DNA of 64,000 nucleotides from Chrysomallon squamiferum (Eukaryota > Animalia > Mollusca): assembly GCA_012295275.1 (NCBI GenBank), contig CM022671.1, positions 30,628,001 to 30,692,000 of the forward strand, read 5' to 3'. Shown one piece after another: positions 40,665 through 55,774 of this stretch (positions within the stretch are counted from its first letter, which is position 1; every line of letters begins with the position of its first letter). The translations under genes and the position numbers were made by a program. Below the pieces are notes generated by a model that saw nothing but the letters and a program-made list of their open reading frames with translations, was not told where the DNA came from and made no database searches.

Positions 40665-43163
40665 CAATTACTCATTTACAAATTTTAACATTATTTTTTT
40701 TTTTTTTCTATTTATTTTTACATTAAATCATGATCTTATTATGTATCTTATAAATAATTTTTGATTTTTGATTCACCAGATCAGCACTGTTTCTGATTCA
40801 AGGCAATATTGTGGTTTTTAAGACTAAAATCTACAATACAGTATGTGAAATTATATACATACAATATATAAAACTATGTCTGGTTTAGGTATGAATAAAA
40901 TAATTAGATTGTCAAAACAATCATTTCTAAACACGTCAGTGAAAACTAAGTTACACACAACTTATAAACTTTACAGAATATAATACAATCAGAGAGTGTT
41001 TAGTGAAGTGAACAACAAAGGAAAAATATATAACAAAAACCCTCTGTTCACCCTCCCAAAACACACAAACTATATAATTAAAAAAAAAATAATAATAATA
41101 AAAATAAATAAGTAAATAATAAAATAATATAATAAGAGAGTAGTACTAGTACAGCAGCAGTAGTAGTAGTAGTAATAATAATAATAAAAAGAAAAGGCCT
41201 TATGACTAATGAATAAAAAAAAATAACAACAAAAATAAAAAAAAAAAAAAATATAATGGAAAAGATGAAAGCACAAAGTTTCCTTTTATTAAATATATTT
41301 AAAAATAAAACAGGAAACAAAATATGAAATTAATTAAATTTCAACATTACTTTTTAAACACTGATGTTCTGTGACCAATAGTAACATGAAATCAGATTTT
41401 TTAAAGACACGTACATTTTGATCATATATGACACACAACACACAAATGCAAGGCAAACTTTGATTTTTAGCAAAAATAAATGAACTAATCACAGGCTTGT
41501 AAGTTGATTTTAAACTGATATATAAAACAAATAAATAAAAGAAGCAATGGTGTAAACTAATTACATGGTTAAAATGTGTAACAGCCACTTGTTTTGATTT
41601 TAAATGTCTGTGATACATGCACATTACAAACAGTTTTTAATTTAACAAATCACTTTGAAATGAAACCATTCACCCAGTTTTTATAAATTAGAAGTATACA
41701 CAACCTCCACTAACAGGTTTTGAACCAGTTATACCAAGTTATCTGAGTCAGTCAAAATTAATTCATTGTACAAGTACAATGACATTAATATCTTGTACAT
41801 GATATAATGTTTTGTATACAAATAGTTTTGTCTAAGAACTGTAAGCCACTTTTGAGATTATATTTCTAACAGATGATAACATTAACCACCGTCCAGTGAA
41901 TAAAGTACTGGAAGAAATTGTCTTTGCATTTTAAAAAGCACAGAAAATATAAAAATTATTGCAATCTTATATAAAATTTAAAAACAAAACAATAACAAAG
42001 ACAAAACCACCTCTTCAGTTTTAGTGGAAATAAAAGAGAAGTATAATACACAATGTATTTTAAATAAAAAACAAACTTCATGATAATAAAAACATTTAAA
42101 CATTATAAACATTAAAAAGAACCAAAAACTTAATATGACTACAATATTCACTGCTTGGTATTAATTGCATAATGTTCATATCATTAACATGGAAAACTTT
42201 TGATGCAAACTGATAAATAATCTGTAAAAATCATTCACCATTTACAAAGAGCACTTGAGGTTTTTATTTATTTATCACAATTTAAGTGGGCTTTTTTTCA
42301 GTAACAAAAACAGCGACATTACAACTTAGGTTTCTCACTGTAAACTGGCAGTTGTTAATAGGAATGTTTCACTGTGAGGTACTTTACATGTATCTGTAAT
42401 TTCATACAGGATATGATAAAATATAGGCTGATAAAACTTTGAGAAAATAAGATTAAATAACACTAATAATCTTTATCTTTATTTTATGTATACACTACAA
42501 ACTTTTAAAATCAGTTAATACGGTTTTCCATTTCAAGATACTTTAAGGGTATTTGTACTTTCCTGCCGATATATGACAAAAATTGGAGAAAATAATATTA
42601 AAATCCTATGTATATCTTTATTTTCTTTTTTCATATATAATTGTTAAAATTTTATTATATATTTATTAACATCTTTTCAATTAGTTACAAGATGTTTAAG
42701 TCTATACAGATAACACATTTTAATTAGAACAAATTTCATAAGCAGATATAAATGAATGGTACTTAAGATTTATACAATTTTGTTTGTAAAATGAAATGAC
42801 GAAAGGAAGATTGTCCGATTAATAGTAATGTTTTCCAATTATACATAACAATAATAAATAAAAAATAATAATAATAATAAAAAAATGAATCTGAAAATCA
42901 GGATCTGAAGAATTAGAAAATTTACTTGCACCCACTCTACTCCAAAATGATTCTAGTAACTAGCATTACACACACATAAACTATTCTGAACTTAAATAAT
43001 ATATCTAACTTTATCTGAACTAATCATTAGAAAAAATATATGTATTTGTTTTTATTATTACACTGCTAAAAATAATCCTAAAATAATCCTCAATACTTTT
43101 CTCATTTAAGCCACTTTAAACTGTCAGAAAAAAAATGCATGATCCTTTCAGTAACAATTGCAA

Positions 43164-43203
<40 letters not shown>

Positions 43204-45849
43204 GTGACCCAGGTATAAATGCTGCTTTTAATGATACTCAGTGTATTATTATTTGCTTAAACATAAATAAATAAATAAATAAATAAATTGGTTTGAGACA
43301 GAAGTAAAAACAACTTGGGCTTTAATATAGTTTATAAATTAAATTTTAATTAATTAATCTTTTAAGTTTTAATACTGTTATTAAAATTTTATTAGAAATT
43401 TTGACAAATACAGATTTTAAATTAATTAGCATTTTCGATTAATATATTTACAGTCAAGTAGAAATATTTATTAACAAAATTTTTGAAAGGAAAAGGGGAA
43501 AAAATATATCTAAATTTGAATACATAAAATAAAGATTTTAAATTAAAAAAAAATTTATAAAATAATTTAGCAGTTTAGATAAATATAATAATTAGTGGTT
43601 TAGATTAAACAGTATTTAAAAGAAACACACTTGAGATCCTATTTTATAAATTGTTATTTACATATTTTTTAAAAACAAATGAAATTTTCAATACATACAG
43701 ATGTTACAGAAAATTGTCATGTATACAAATAGATATAATTTATAAACATATAATAAGAAAAAAAAGAAAAATAAAAAAGAAAAATAAACAAACAAAAACA
43801 GGTGTTATTACAAACCAGCATGTGAACTTAAAAAATAAGTTTTTGTATATATTAATAAATACAGTTACATTATTTTACACATGTATGTTACTGTGTAAAT
43901 ACTTTTATTTATTTATATATGCATATACATATACGTATAAGCAATTTAATGTGTAGATATATGTTTATACTTATTTATACACCCATGATTTCTGTTCCCT
44001 TATACCCTTGAAAACAATCTGTAAATATACAGGTAAAATACTGAGATTTATGACACACACAAACACATTTTAGCTGAGTTGTATTTATGAAAATGAATGT
44101 TTAAGGAAAAAAATATTTTCATATGATTTTACAAAACATGCACAACAATAAAAACTATTAACTAAAAGTAACTAAATACTAAAAAGCTAGTATATGGAAC
44201 CCAAACCCATTTAGATGAAATCTATTAACACAAACAAGTAGGAATGTCAAAGATGGAAGAAAACCTGGTCCATGATGATAAATTTACTAATTAATGAGTA
44301 ATTAAAATTGAATTTTTATTCCTCAAAGCAAATTTCAAGTCTCAATTCTGAGCAATTTTATTGCTTTTTATCAATTTAAAACAACGTTATTCCAAGTAAA
44401 CAATAAATGTGGGTTTTAAATTGTTTAGATTTCACAGAAAAAACAAATCTTGAGCAGACTTAATTCAAAGAAATGTAAATAAAGTATGTTTTATTATTAA
44501 TATTATTCATAAGAATTTTTAAAATTGAGCATTTGTAATAATCTCTCATAATCTATATTTTAAAAAAATGAACAAAAGAATTTAATTTTTTTTTTCCTAA
44601 GATCATTTATGTTCCAGTAAAAATTCATCTTACCCTTTACAACTTCTGTCATAAAAAAAGAATTACTTGAGCAGTTTGGCTTTACTTTTGAAAAAACAAA
44701 TGTAAAATAAAGTTTCAAATTAACAATATTTCATGACCATGGAATCATAAAGAATATATTCTGTAATATTTAAAAAAAATTTTAAATCAAAATATGAAAA
44801 AATAAAAAAAAAGATGGTTCCAAAACAGGACAATTCCATACTTGATAACAAAATGAAATTCAACAAACCTAATGTTAACAGTAACAAATATATATAGCTA
44901 ATTATTTATATATGTATATACACAAGCAGCTTGGATAATATATCTATGTACAATACAATCATCTCATAACAGGTAATGTAAATATTTATTTTTGCTAATT
45001 TCTCTTTTAAGAGAATATTATTTTTCTCAAACACTTTTTATGTGCTGTGGATTTTGTTAACAAAATAATTCTAACTTATCAAGGAATTTAAAAATATTAT
45101 ATTATTTATTGTTATTATCCATAATGCTCAGTTAAAAACTCTCAACTCATATGGACCACTAGTAACATTATTGTAAAGTTAATTAAATCTGAATAACATT
45201 TTTAATATTTTGATTTATATTTTAAAGTCAACACAATTCTGTATGATGGATACTTAAACACAAAAGTTTTTTTTCTTACTTTCAGTAACAATACTGACTG
45301 CAAATGGATGAAAAAGAAGCTGAAATACTTCCATGTTAATCACATTTTGTTCATGATTAGTTTCAGTTTGAGACAAATAATATTTTGCATATTAAAACCA
45401 CATCAATAATGATATAGTGAGTTGTGACAATGTTACAAAAACACAAAACATTTCTTAAATTTTTTTTTAAAGGGAATAATGAATCACAGTATGAAGGTAT
45501 AAAATTTTCCAAAAGAATTTTGTTTTCTCCTTTATCACAAAACATGTATCTGACCTCCACTTCAGAATCCACCAGCATCACAAAACGTTTCATAATTTTA
45601 TCTACAGTTTGCACTGATTTCAACAAAAATAAACTGAATTTATTTTAATACCTATATAATTTTTTCTTTTTTTTACAAAATTTTTTCAGTATATTAGGAA
45701 GACTTTAATTTCCTTGCATTACTATTTTAATTTATTAAACTTTTCATCCACATTTCAAAATACAAAAAAAAAAAAAAAAAAAAAAAAATCATCTTCAGTT
45801 GCATCCCTTTTTAAAAATAAAGGGAAGTAACTATTGTAAATTTTGATTA

Positions 45850-48800
45850 TCAACGTTTGAGTAGTCTCCCATCATATAAATTATTTTCATCCTCGTCATC
45901 AGAGCTGTCATGGTATTCGTTAAACGGCTTCGTTAATCTCGTCTTTTTGTGATTTGTGAATTCATCGTCATCTTCGTCGTCATCTGGTTGCAGTCGATGG
46001 AAGCCAACATCGCTGAACCGTTTTGGTTTCTCAAACTTGAAGCAGAGAATAGCAGTGATGACAATAATGATGAGCAGAACCAGAACTCCTGAAAAACATT
46101 TTGAGAATGATAAAATCTTTTTAAACTGAGCATTTATAATAATCTCTAAATCTGATAATCTACACTGTAATAATGTCAGGTTACGTATGTTAACAAATAC
46201 GATGCTTCTAAATTACTAACGAATTTAAAATGCATAGAACAAAAGCTGAGCTCACACAAAAAGCATGTATTTTATACTATTTTTTTGATTTTTTGAAATC
46301 AAAATATAAAAAGCTTATGATATCAAAACAGCACAATTGTACATTTGGTAACAACAAACTAGAAACACAACATTGCTGTCAGTTTGAATAAAAGTCTGTC
46401 AAAGGCTCTTCCTTTACAATTATCCTTGTTGTTTGTATATTACTGCTGCTGCTGCTACTACTGCTACAAGTATTACTATTTTACTACTACATTACTGCTC
46501 TACACTATTACTACAACTACTACTCCTCCTCCTCATATGTTTACTACTACTACTACTACTACTGTCAGTCCTTTACAACTTGGGCAAAAACACATTTCTT
46601 TTACTCCAAAACTGAAGACAAATAATTAATAATAATAATAACATAATAATAATAATAAAATGAAAACTCACCAGCTATAGAGATGGCTAAAAATGGTGTC
46701 ATGCCAAATATTGTCCTTGACTCTTTCATCTTGACATCAATAAACTTGGACTGGCTTGTGTCTGGAATACTGACAATCTGAAATTGTTTAAAAACAATTA
46801 TAATTATTATTTTTATTTATTAATATACTGTCTTTCTCTAGTTTTATTAATTAATAACAAAATTATTATTATTATTATTTTTAAATTAATTATTATTAAA
46901 TTTTTAGGTGTAAATTAAATCAAAAACTAATAAATAATTAGAAATATAATATTTTAAATATTAATATGTTTTGACTTGTCTTTTCATTAATTAATAATAT
47001 CAGACATATTAATTTCACATGACCTTAACATAAATCATGTATAAAAATCATACAATTAAGTTTAAAAACTTAAATTTACTTTAGAAATATTATTAATTTA
47101 TACATATTTATTTTAAAAATGCAAATATTCTGTTAAAATAAAATAAATTATTCATTTACGAGTAAACACTTTATTGTAAATTTAACAAAATCAGAAAACA
47201 GAAACTTAACATTTAGTTTAGAAACATTAATTTTAAAATACAAACAGTTTGCATATTTACAACACCTTAATATCAAACAAATATTAAAAATTTAAAATTA
47301 ATGTTATAAACATTAAATGTTAAATAACGCAAATACGTGCATATTCATAACATCTAAAGATAAAATGTATATAAAAAAATGTATGTTTAAAACTTACAGT
47401 TACTTTATCATCGTACTCGGGTTTGGTTATTTTCAGTGTGTACTCTCCAGGAGCCAGATACAAGTGGAAGCTGCCATTTTCATTAACCTGTGTTTGAAAG
47501 TTGGCTGAGTCGACAGTAACAGTAAACCCTTTTTTAACTTTGTCTTGTCTCTCGTCATCGATACTGCCATATATTCCTTTGTGAACCTGTAAGTAATGAT
47601 GATGTCAAACAACAACAGAAGCAGTAGCAGCTACAGTAATTGCAATAATAATATTTATAAAATAACAATTAAAGATAACTAAAAACTAAGTGTATTTATT
47701 AAAATTGTAAATGAAAATAATTGAAAAATAAATGTTTAATAAAATCATAAATGGAAATAATTAAAACTAAATGTGTTTATTAAAATTATAAATGAAGGTA
47801 ATTGAAAAATAAATATATTTATTAAAATTACAAATAAAAATAATTAAAAACTGAAAGTATTTATTAGAAAAACAACTAAGATAACAAAAACCAAATGTAT
47901 TTATTAAAACAACAAATAACCATAATTAAAAAAACCCAGACGTATTTATTATAAATATCAATCGAAGAAGATGCAAACGAAACATACTTCTTAAAATAAT
48001 AACTAAAATAATTTAAAAAAAAAAAAAGTTTATTTATTTAAATAATAGTTAATGAAACTATTTGGTCTATGAAGATTCACCTCTTCCAAGATGGCCAACA
48101 AAGAACGTCTGTTTTCATGCCAGACTGTGAGTATTTGACTGGACTGAGGGTAAACACAACATCCAGTGTACACAGCAATAGATGGGATGTGCAGCATATC
48201 AAATGCATAATCCTGTTTAGAAATTAAAAAAATAATAATAATAATGCTTACAAGGTAAGTAGATGAAAAAATTTTGACGTAAGAAATGAATAGATAAATG
48301 AATGTACTGGACAGAAATAAACAATTAAGAGATATGAATAAATGAATATATATGTACAAAATTTATGAATAAATAAAACATTATGTACAAGATATGAATG
48401 AATAATTATGTACAAGAGATATGAATAAGTGAATAATAATGTACAAAATTTATGAATAAATGAACAATTATGTACCAGAGATATGAATAAATGAATAATA
48501 ATGTCTAGGAGATATGAATAAATAAATAATTATGTACAAGAGATATGAATAAATGAATAATTATGTGCAAGGGAGAAATGGATAACTGAATGTACTAGAA
48601 ATGAGTTAATCAGTAATAATGCACAAGAAAGAAAGGATAATTGAATGATTGTACAAAAGAGAAAGGATTCAAAATCAATTAAACAGAACTTACTAAAAGG
48701 CTTCCTGTGTTTTTATGTTGATTAAAAGCTTTGACTGTTCCATCTAAATACCGATCTGCAAATTCGACAAAAATAAATATTATTTAACTGTATCTAAACA

Positions 48801-51006
48801 CATTTTAATATTAACGTATGATTATCTTTTATTATCAAACAAAAAAGAAGTATAGAAAATCAAAAAGAACATTTTTTTTTAAACTATTTGAAAATTGTGT
48901 GCAAACAGAAGCAGTAGGTTGTTATAACTGATTTTTGCTGTCTGAAGTTCAATATGCTAGACAGAATTATGAAGAGTGAGAGAAACAAAATAAATAGAGA
49001 AAAATCAAGGAACAATCAATTAAATAGCAATAATAATTTAAACTCTCATTTTTAATTTTAAGATAATCTGAAGATAGTATTAATACAAATGTATTTTATT
49101 ACAACAGTACATTTAATCTTATTTAAATATAGATAAAATCTGAGATTTAACAAAATAACACAGAGAGCATAACTAACACAAAATATTTAAATTCTGAGAA
49201 GATGATATTGAAGTTTAATATACATCATTGAGACCAGAATATTTTTAAATTCTCAGCATTTTATTTTTTCTGTTTTTTTATTTTTGCATATATCGCTTTC
49301 AATTTTTGTAATAGAACTATTGAAAAGAAAAAGGCATGAACTATTATTTATGTTTTATTTTCATTGTTTTTTTCATTCTGATGGATTCTGACAGGTAGAT
49401 CCTGTTTTTTTACTTCTTTCTATTTTAATGACAAGATAAATATATATATATATATTTATTTATTTACAATGTCATTAATGTAATAACAATATATAATTTA
49501 AAAAAATAATAAGTAATAAATATATCACTACAACAAACAGAACATATATATTTCTTACTTTTTGAGATATTACATCCTCCTTCAACTTGCATATTCTCAT
49601 GATTATTTGCATAAACCAAAGCTAACTTTTTAAGTGTTGCTAAATCTTCTTTCTCAGTTTTATCTGAAAAACAAAATCCACAAATGAAAAATGTAATATG
49701 AAAACCAGTGCAATAATTTATTGTCATCTCTCTATTTATAATTTGATAGACATATACACATACATCAAAAAATAAAATAAAATAATAACTGAATACTCAA
49801 TAAAAAATAAATTTGAGAACTTAATGAAGCATGAATGTAAAAAATGATTAAATTTAGTTCCAAAATATAAAACTTTATCTTTAATTTGAATAACTGATAG
49901 CTTCACAATTTTACTTGATATTAAATTTACATTTAAATATATTTCACCAATGTTTTTCTAAGTGAATAACTAATACAATTTTACTTGACATTAAAGTATA
50001 CTTTCCAAACCCCCCTTTTTTTAACTTTTTTATTTTTTTTATTTTAATAAATAGATATAAGTTTTTCAAGTATTAAAGAAATTAATATTAACACACACAT
50101 ACATATATTATATAACATATAAAGTATATATTTTCTGTTTTTCTAGGTGTAAACAATTATTTTGCTAATTAATTTCAATTCATATATTCATAACATATCT
50201 TTAACTACATTATAAGCTGTTATTCTATTTGGATGAATATGTTGATAATTTTAGTAATAAATTTATAATATATATAAAATAACTTCATCTTTATCGGCTT
50301 TTCTAAGAAGAAAACTAATATTTAGCTACCTAACTTCAATTCATACACTGATAACATATTTGGATAGATAACATGATAATTTTTATTAATAAATTTACAA
50401 TACAGCTTTAATTACATTTTACCTATTTCACCAAGAGGAAAAAAAAAAAAAAAAACAATTCTGCCAATTGATTTCAGTTCATCTATTTATAATCCACCTT
50501 GAAGTATATTTTACCTGTTTTTCTAATAAATTCAAAATATACTTTTATGTAAATTTACAATGTACCATTTTTTACATTGTTACCTATCTTTTAAGACAGA
50601 AAATGAATATTTAGCAAATTAATTTCAATTCCTGAATTTATAATATACCTTTTAATATATTTTTCCCATTTCCCTAGATGGAAAGCACACCTTTGTAACA
50701 CACCTTTAAGTATATTTTACCTTTTTTTCTAGGTGGGTAGGCTACAACAAGGTCTCCTGCTTGTAATGAAACACTAAGACTAAGGTCAGTCATGGACATC
50801 CATTTTGTGAGAGCAGAAATTTCTGCCTGTAGAGGAATCTTTCCATCATAGGTAGAGTCTGAAAACAAAGTGAGAATGAAAGAAAAAAGCTTGTTACATG
50901 TTAATAAAAAGTGTACGATGATATAAAAGGAAGTTGATGACTTGTTAATGTTGAGTGTAGGTTGCTATAATGAATATATTTTTGTTATTGACATAATGGT
51001 AATACT

Positions 51007-51044
<38 letters not shown>

Positions 51045-53515
51045 CCCACATGATATTCACACAAATAAATAATTAAAAAAAAAAAAAATATATAATAATA
51101 ATAAAATCAACAAAAACAAACCAAAAACAAATTAATAAAAATTTAATAAAAATTAATAAAAAATAAATCATTAACAAAATCCTGATAGTTTTTAATTAAT
51201 AGTATAAATTCATTTACTAACAACTTTTGTTAAAAAAAAAAAAAAAAAAAAATCATTACCCCAAAAAACCAAACAACAAATAAAATTAGTTATACCTGGG
51301 AAGGCCTCATCAAGGTCTACATTATTGAAATTTGTCTTTCCCTGCTGTGAATCACAGTTCTGTTTGGCTTTTTCTCCTCCATCAGGATTCAGAGATGGCA
51401 GGATGTAGATCCTTGTTGTTTCCAGTAGCTGAGAAATGTAAGCAGATAACATACTCTTATAGAATTGTCATAACTTGCAATCAACACACACACACACAGA
51501 CAGACACACACACACACACACACACAGATAAACACACAGAGATTAATGTCTAATAAATGACAGACAAATGTTTGCATCCTTGGATGTATATCATTCTCCA
51601 AACAATACAGAAATACCCAATAAACTTTGTGCATTCTTAAAATTCAATTACATATATTTGTATGCTGAAATAACTTAACCTTAAATCCCTTAAATACACA
51701 AAAAAAATATACATCAAACAACTAACTAACGGTACTTCAAAAACACCAATGATGGTTAATTACAAAATGAAAAAAAAATTATTTATTTATTTCTGTGTTT
51801 CTCAGGAGAAAGATTAGTTTTTAAAAAATTGTTTTGTTTTTACCTCAGTGATAGAAGAGTCTAAGTTGTACAGCTGACACAGATCAGTTGCTAGTTTCAG
51901 TAAGAGTTCTTTACCAACGACTTCATTTCCGTGAATGTTTGCAGTGAGCAGAATTCCTGGCTGGTACATCTTCGACTTCTTACCCATTTCCAGCATCCAC
52001 AGGTAATAGCCCAGTGATGACTTTCCAATGCTGGAGATAACCAATTAAAATTATTTCATTATTATATATGTGTGTGTGTGTGTGTGTGAGTTTTATGTGT
52101 GAATATATATTTGTATATGTTCATGTTCTTACATGTGTATGTTGGTGTGTGTGTGTGTGTTTATAGTTAAAGACAGATAAGTATATACATTATCTACATG
52201 GTTGCCATCATAAAATAACATTTGAAAGCAGATTTAATTTCTGCAGGCTATTTCATCATCTTGATTCTAATATTAAACTTCATATGTTGTGAATATATTT
52301 AAAAAAAAAGAAATAAATAAAATAAAATAAAGGAAAGACAAAGAAAAGAAAATCTATAATCAATAAATCCAATTTGGTAAAATAAAATATAACTGAATAA
52401 ATAAATAAACAACAACAGCGACAGTAATAAAAATAATAAAAGTAACAACAAAAACAGTAATAACGTGATGTGCGTAGACCTACCTCTGCAAATTGGCTAT
52501 GTCTGGACATGTTTCTGAAATGTTTTTAAGCAAAGATCTCATGTCTGCATAGTTGTGATAGGACAAAGTGTTCACTTCTCTTTTCAACACAAAGTTCAGC
52601 TCTGCAGACTTATCTTTCTCTACCAGAACCTTCTGGTGCAGTGCTTGGAAACCTGAAACAGAAAAACATTTTATAACACAAAAGTGAAGACAGATTTTCA
52701 CCTTGAAATCACAAATATTAGTTTTAAATCAGTGAAAAAATCATATTTGTTACATTTGTAGTTTCAGACTATTTCACTGTTAGACATAAGCACTAGTTTT
52801 GTTAGGAGTAGCAAGCTTTTGTGAAATCTTGACAGTTTCCATGTAAAGTATTTTGTGTTTTCAAATACTATTACTACCGCTATTAATATGGCAATAATAA
52901 TAATAATAATAACAGTATAATTACTACTGCTGCTGCTGCTACTACTACTACTACTACTACTACTATTAATAATAGTAATAGTGAAAATGTGATAAATTTT
53001 TATTTTATCTTTAAAAAAGGGTACAGTATATTTTAAAATAAAAAAATAATGCACAAATTATCTTCTATGCAATTATCTATGAAAAGATGCACTAATTATT
53101 TGTTTTGCATTTTCACATATGCAAACACACACACACAGACAATCAGACAACTGCTGCACCTGCTGTATTTGCCTCTATCGTGTGAGCTCCTTCAGTGAGC
53201 AACACAGAAAAGTGCCCATCAGCAGAGGTGGTTAAAAACTTCCCATTATCATCAACTTCCAAAATAGCTTCAGAAACTCGCTTCCCCATCTCATCTGTGA
53301 CAGTGCCGTGTACACCTGTTAGAAATAAATAATTAAAGATAGGACAGAGACTTGTTTTACATACCTACCTTGTTGAAGGATTCAACTAAACTGCTTTACA
53401 TATATAGCATGAAAAGAATAGAACATAATGCAAAGCAATTTTGCGTCACAGTGCCTTAAATGACAAAATGATTAGATTAAGTTCTTGATAAATTCCACAT
53501 ATATATTCATGTGTG

Positions 53516-53550
<35 letters not shown>

Positions 53551-55740
53551 TTGTGTACATTCCTTCATTTTCTTTGTTTCTGTTATAATTACAGATAAAT
53601 AAATATGTTTAATGAAAGATAAAAAAAATTAATTTAATCTAAACCTTGCAAAGCCTTTTTCAAAATGTGCATCAATGGGTCAAAGGTCGTCATCCACAAT
53701 GTGGGCAACTGAGAACCTGGTGGGAACTTACAGCAGCTAATGTGTGCAGAAATCTGAAAAATAAAAAATATATCTAATTATTTTCACTTACTTGTAATTT
53801 TAAAAACAAAAACCTTATAAATCAAACAATCAGAAACCCTGGTACATCATGAAGTACATTTCAGTAATTATTCAAAGCAGTGAACTTATCACATTTTATC
53901 TGGAGAATTATTTTATTTTTCAGCAATATTTTAGCGTATGTATGCAGCTTACGGCTGTGACCAATCCAATATGGTAACTAAACTCATACAGAAATAAATA
54001 TGCTGAAAAAAAAGAGGCAACCCCCCCCCCCAAAAAAAAAACCCAGCTTCATTTGGAAACAGATGGTATATTACAGTTATCTATAACGTATCTATCATAA
54101 AAATTAGTAGATGTTAAATTGTTTCTAAAGAGATTTCATGTAGTAATGATTATCATGGTCCAGTGATTAAAACAATCAACACATGAACTAATTCACTGTT
54201 GGGTTTTGAATAATCTACACACTGTTAGTTACACTAACTGTAGCTAATGCTAACAACTGTAAGCTTCTCTGATGATAAAAATAACAAACCGCCACAGTGA
54301 TCAGCTAACAAATGATAAAATAAACAAATTTACACCTATACAGAATAATGCTCCTTGTAGTCACAGAACACATGATAACAAGCTACTCAGAGATGACAAT
54401 GATAATGATTTATTGCAGATAGAAAACAATGATGATGATTTATTGCAGATAGAAAAAACAATGATGATGATCTACTACAAATAACAAATGATAATGATCT
54501 ACCAACAGACTACCAATGATAATGATATACCCACAGATAGCAATGATAATGACTTACTCACAAAAATAGATAAACAGAGATAATGAATTAGTCAATATGA
54601 CTGATAATGATCTTTGCACAGATAACAAATGATGATCTACTCACAGATAAATGATAATGATCTGCTCACACAGAACAAATAATAATAACCTACTCACAGA
54701 TAAGCAATGATAATGATCAACTACCCACCAACAGTTAACGATCTTACTCAACCATAACAAATGAAATAATCTACTCACAGGTAACAAATGATAATGATCT
54801 AGTCACCCATAATGAATGATAACAATCCACTTACCAATAACAATGACAACAACGCACTCACCCATAAAGAATAATGACAATCTATTCAAGATTACCAATG
54901 ATAATGATCTACTCGCCCGTAATGAATGATAGTAATCCACTTACCAATGACAATAATCCACTAACCTGTTATGAATAACACCAGTCTATTCACAGATGAC
55001 CAGTGATAATGATCTACTCACCCATAAAGAATGATAACGGTCGTAGACCTCATCCATAATGGAGTAACCGGACCCAGCCAGGTCAGCTCCATGTTGAATT
55101 CCTACTTGTTTTGTACTGGCATCACCACAACCACTAGCTTCATACATCACTGGCAACAAGTCTGCGAACGACCGAGCTAGAACTTGCAGGATGTCTTCAT
55201 CCTCAGTGACAGCAGTTGGAGTAGTGGAGACCGAGTTTTCCTTGATCTTTTCACTTCTTGGAAGTCTGAGGGATGTAAAAAAAAAAAATGTTAACATGTG
55301 GAATAACTGATTTTATGCCTTTTGCTTCAGTGGAATGAATTGTGTATTGCAGAATCAATTTTTGATTTTCTTCGTTGCATGGATTTGAAATGTAAGTGTT
55401 TAGTTATTTATTTTTTTTTTTTTTGGATGAGTTCAAAGAAAATAATTAAAAAAAAAAAAAAAAAAAAGAAGAAAGAAAAAAGAAAGACCATGTTGCAGAT
55501 TATTACTCGACATTTTGGATGTGTTTTTTTTTAAATGTTTTAAATAAGAACATTTTAGAGAATAATTTTTGTTTGATAATAAATCCTAAACTAACTGAAG
55601 CAATATAAGAGAAGTGAGTGTCACATTAACTTAAAACATTAAAATTGAAAAGAAAAAAGAAGTAATAAAACATTTCGTACCAGTGAAAAAATGAACATTA
55701 TTCTGTTTTGTGTACGTTTTAAAATAATCTTATAAACAAG

Positions 55741-55774
<34 letters not shown>

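Noticed and set aside
39260-45840. Short ORFs between the two convergent stops
   Set aside because: AT-rich, consistent with long 3'UTRs or intergenic DNA; no coding signal.
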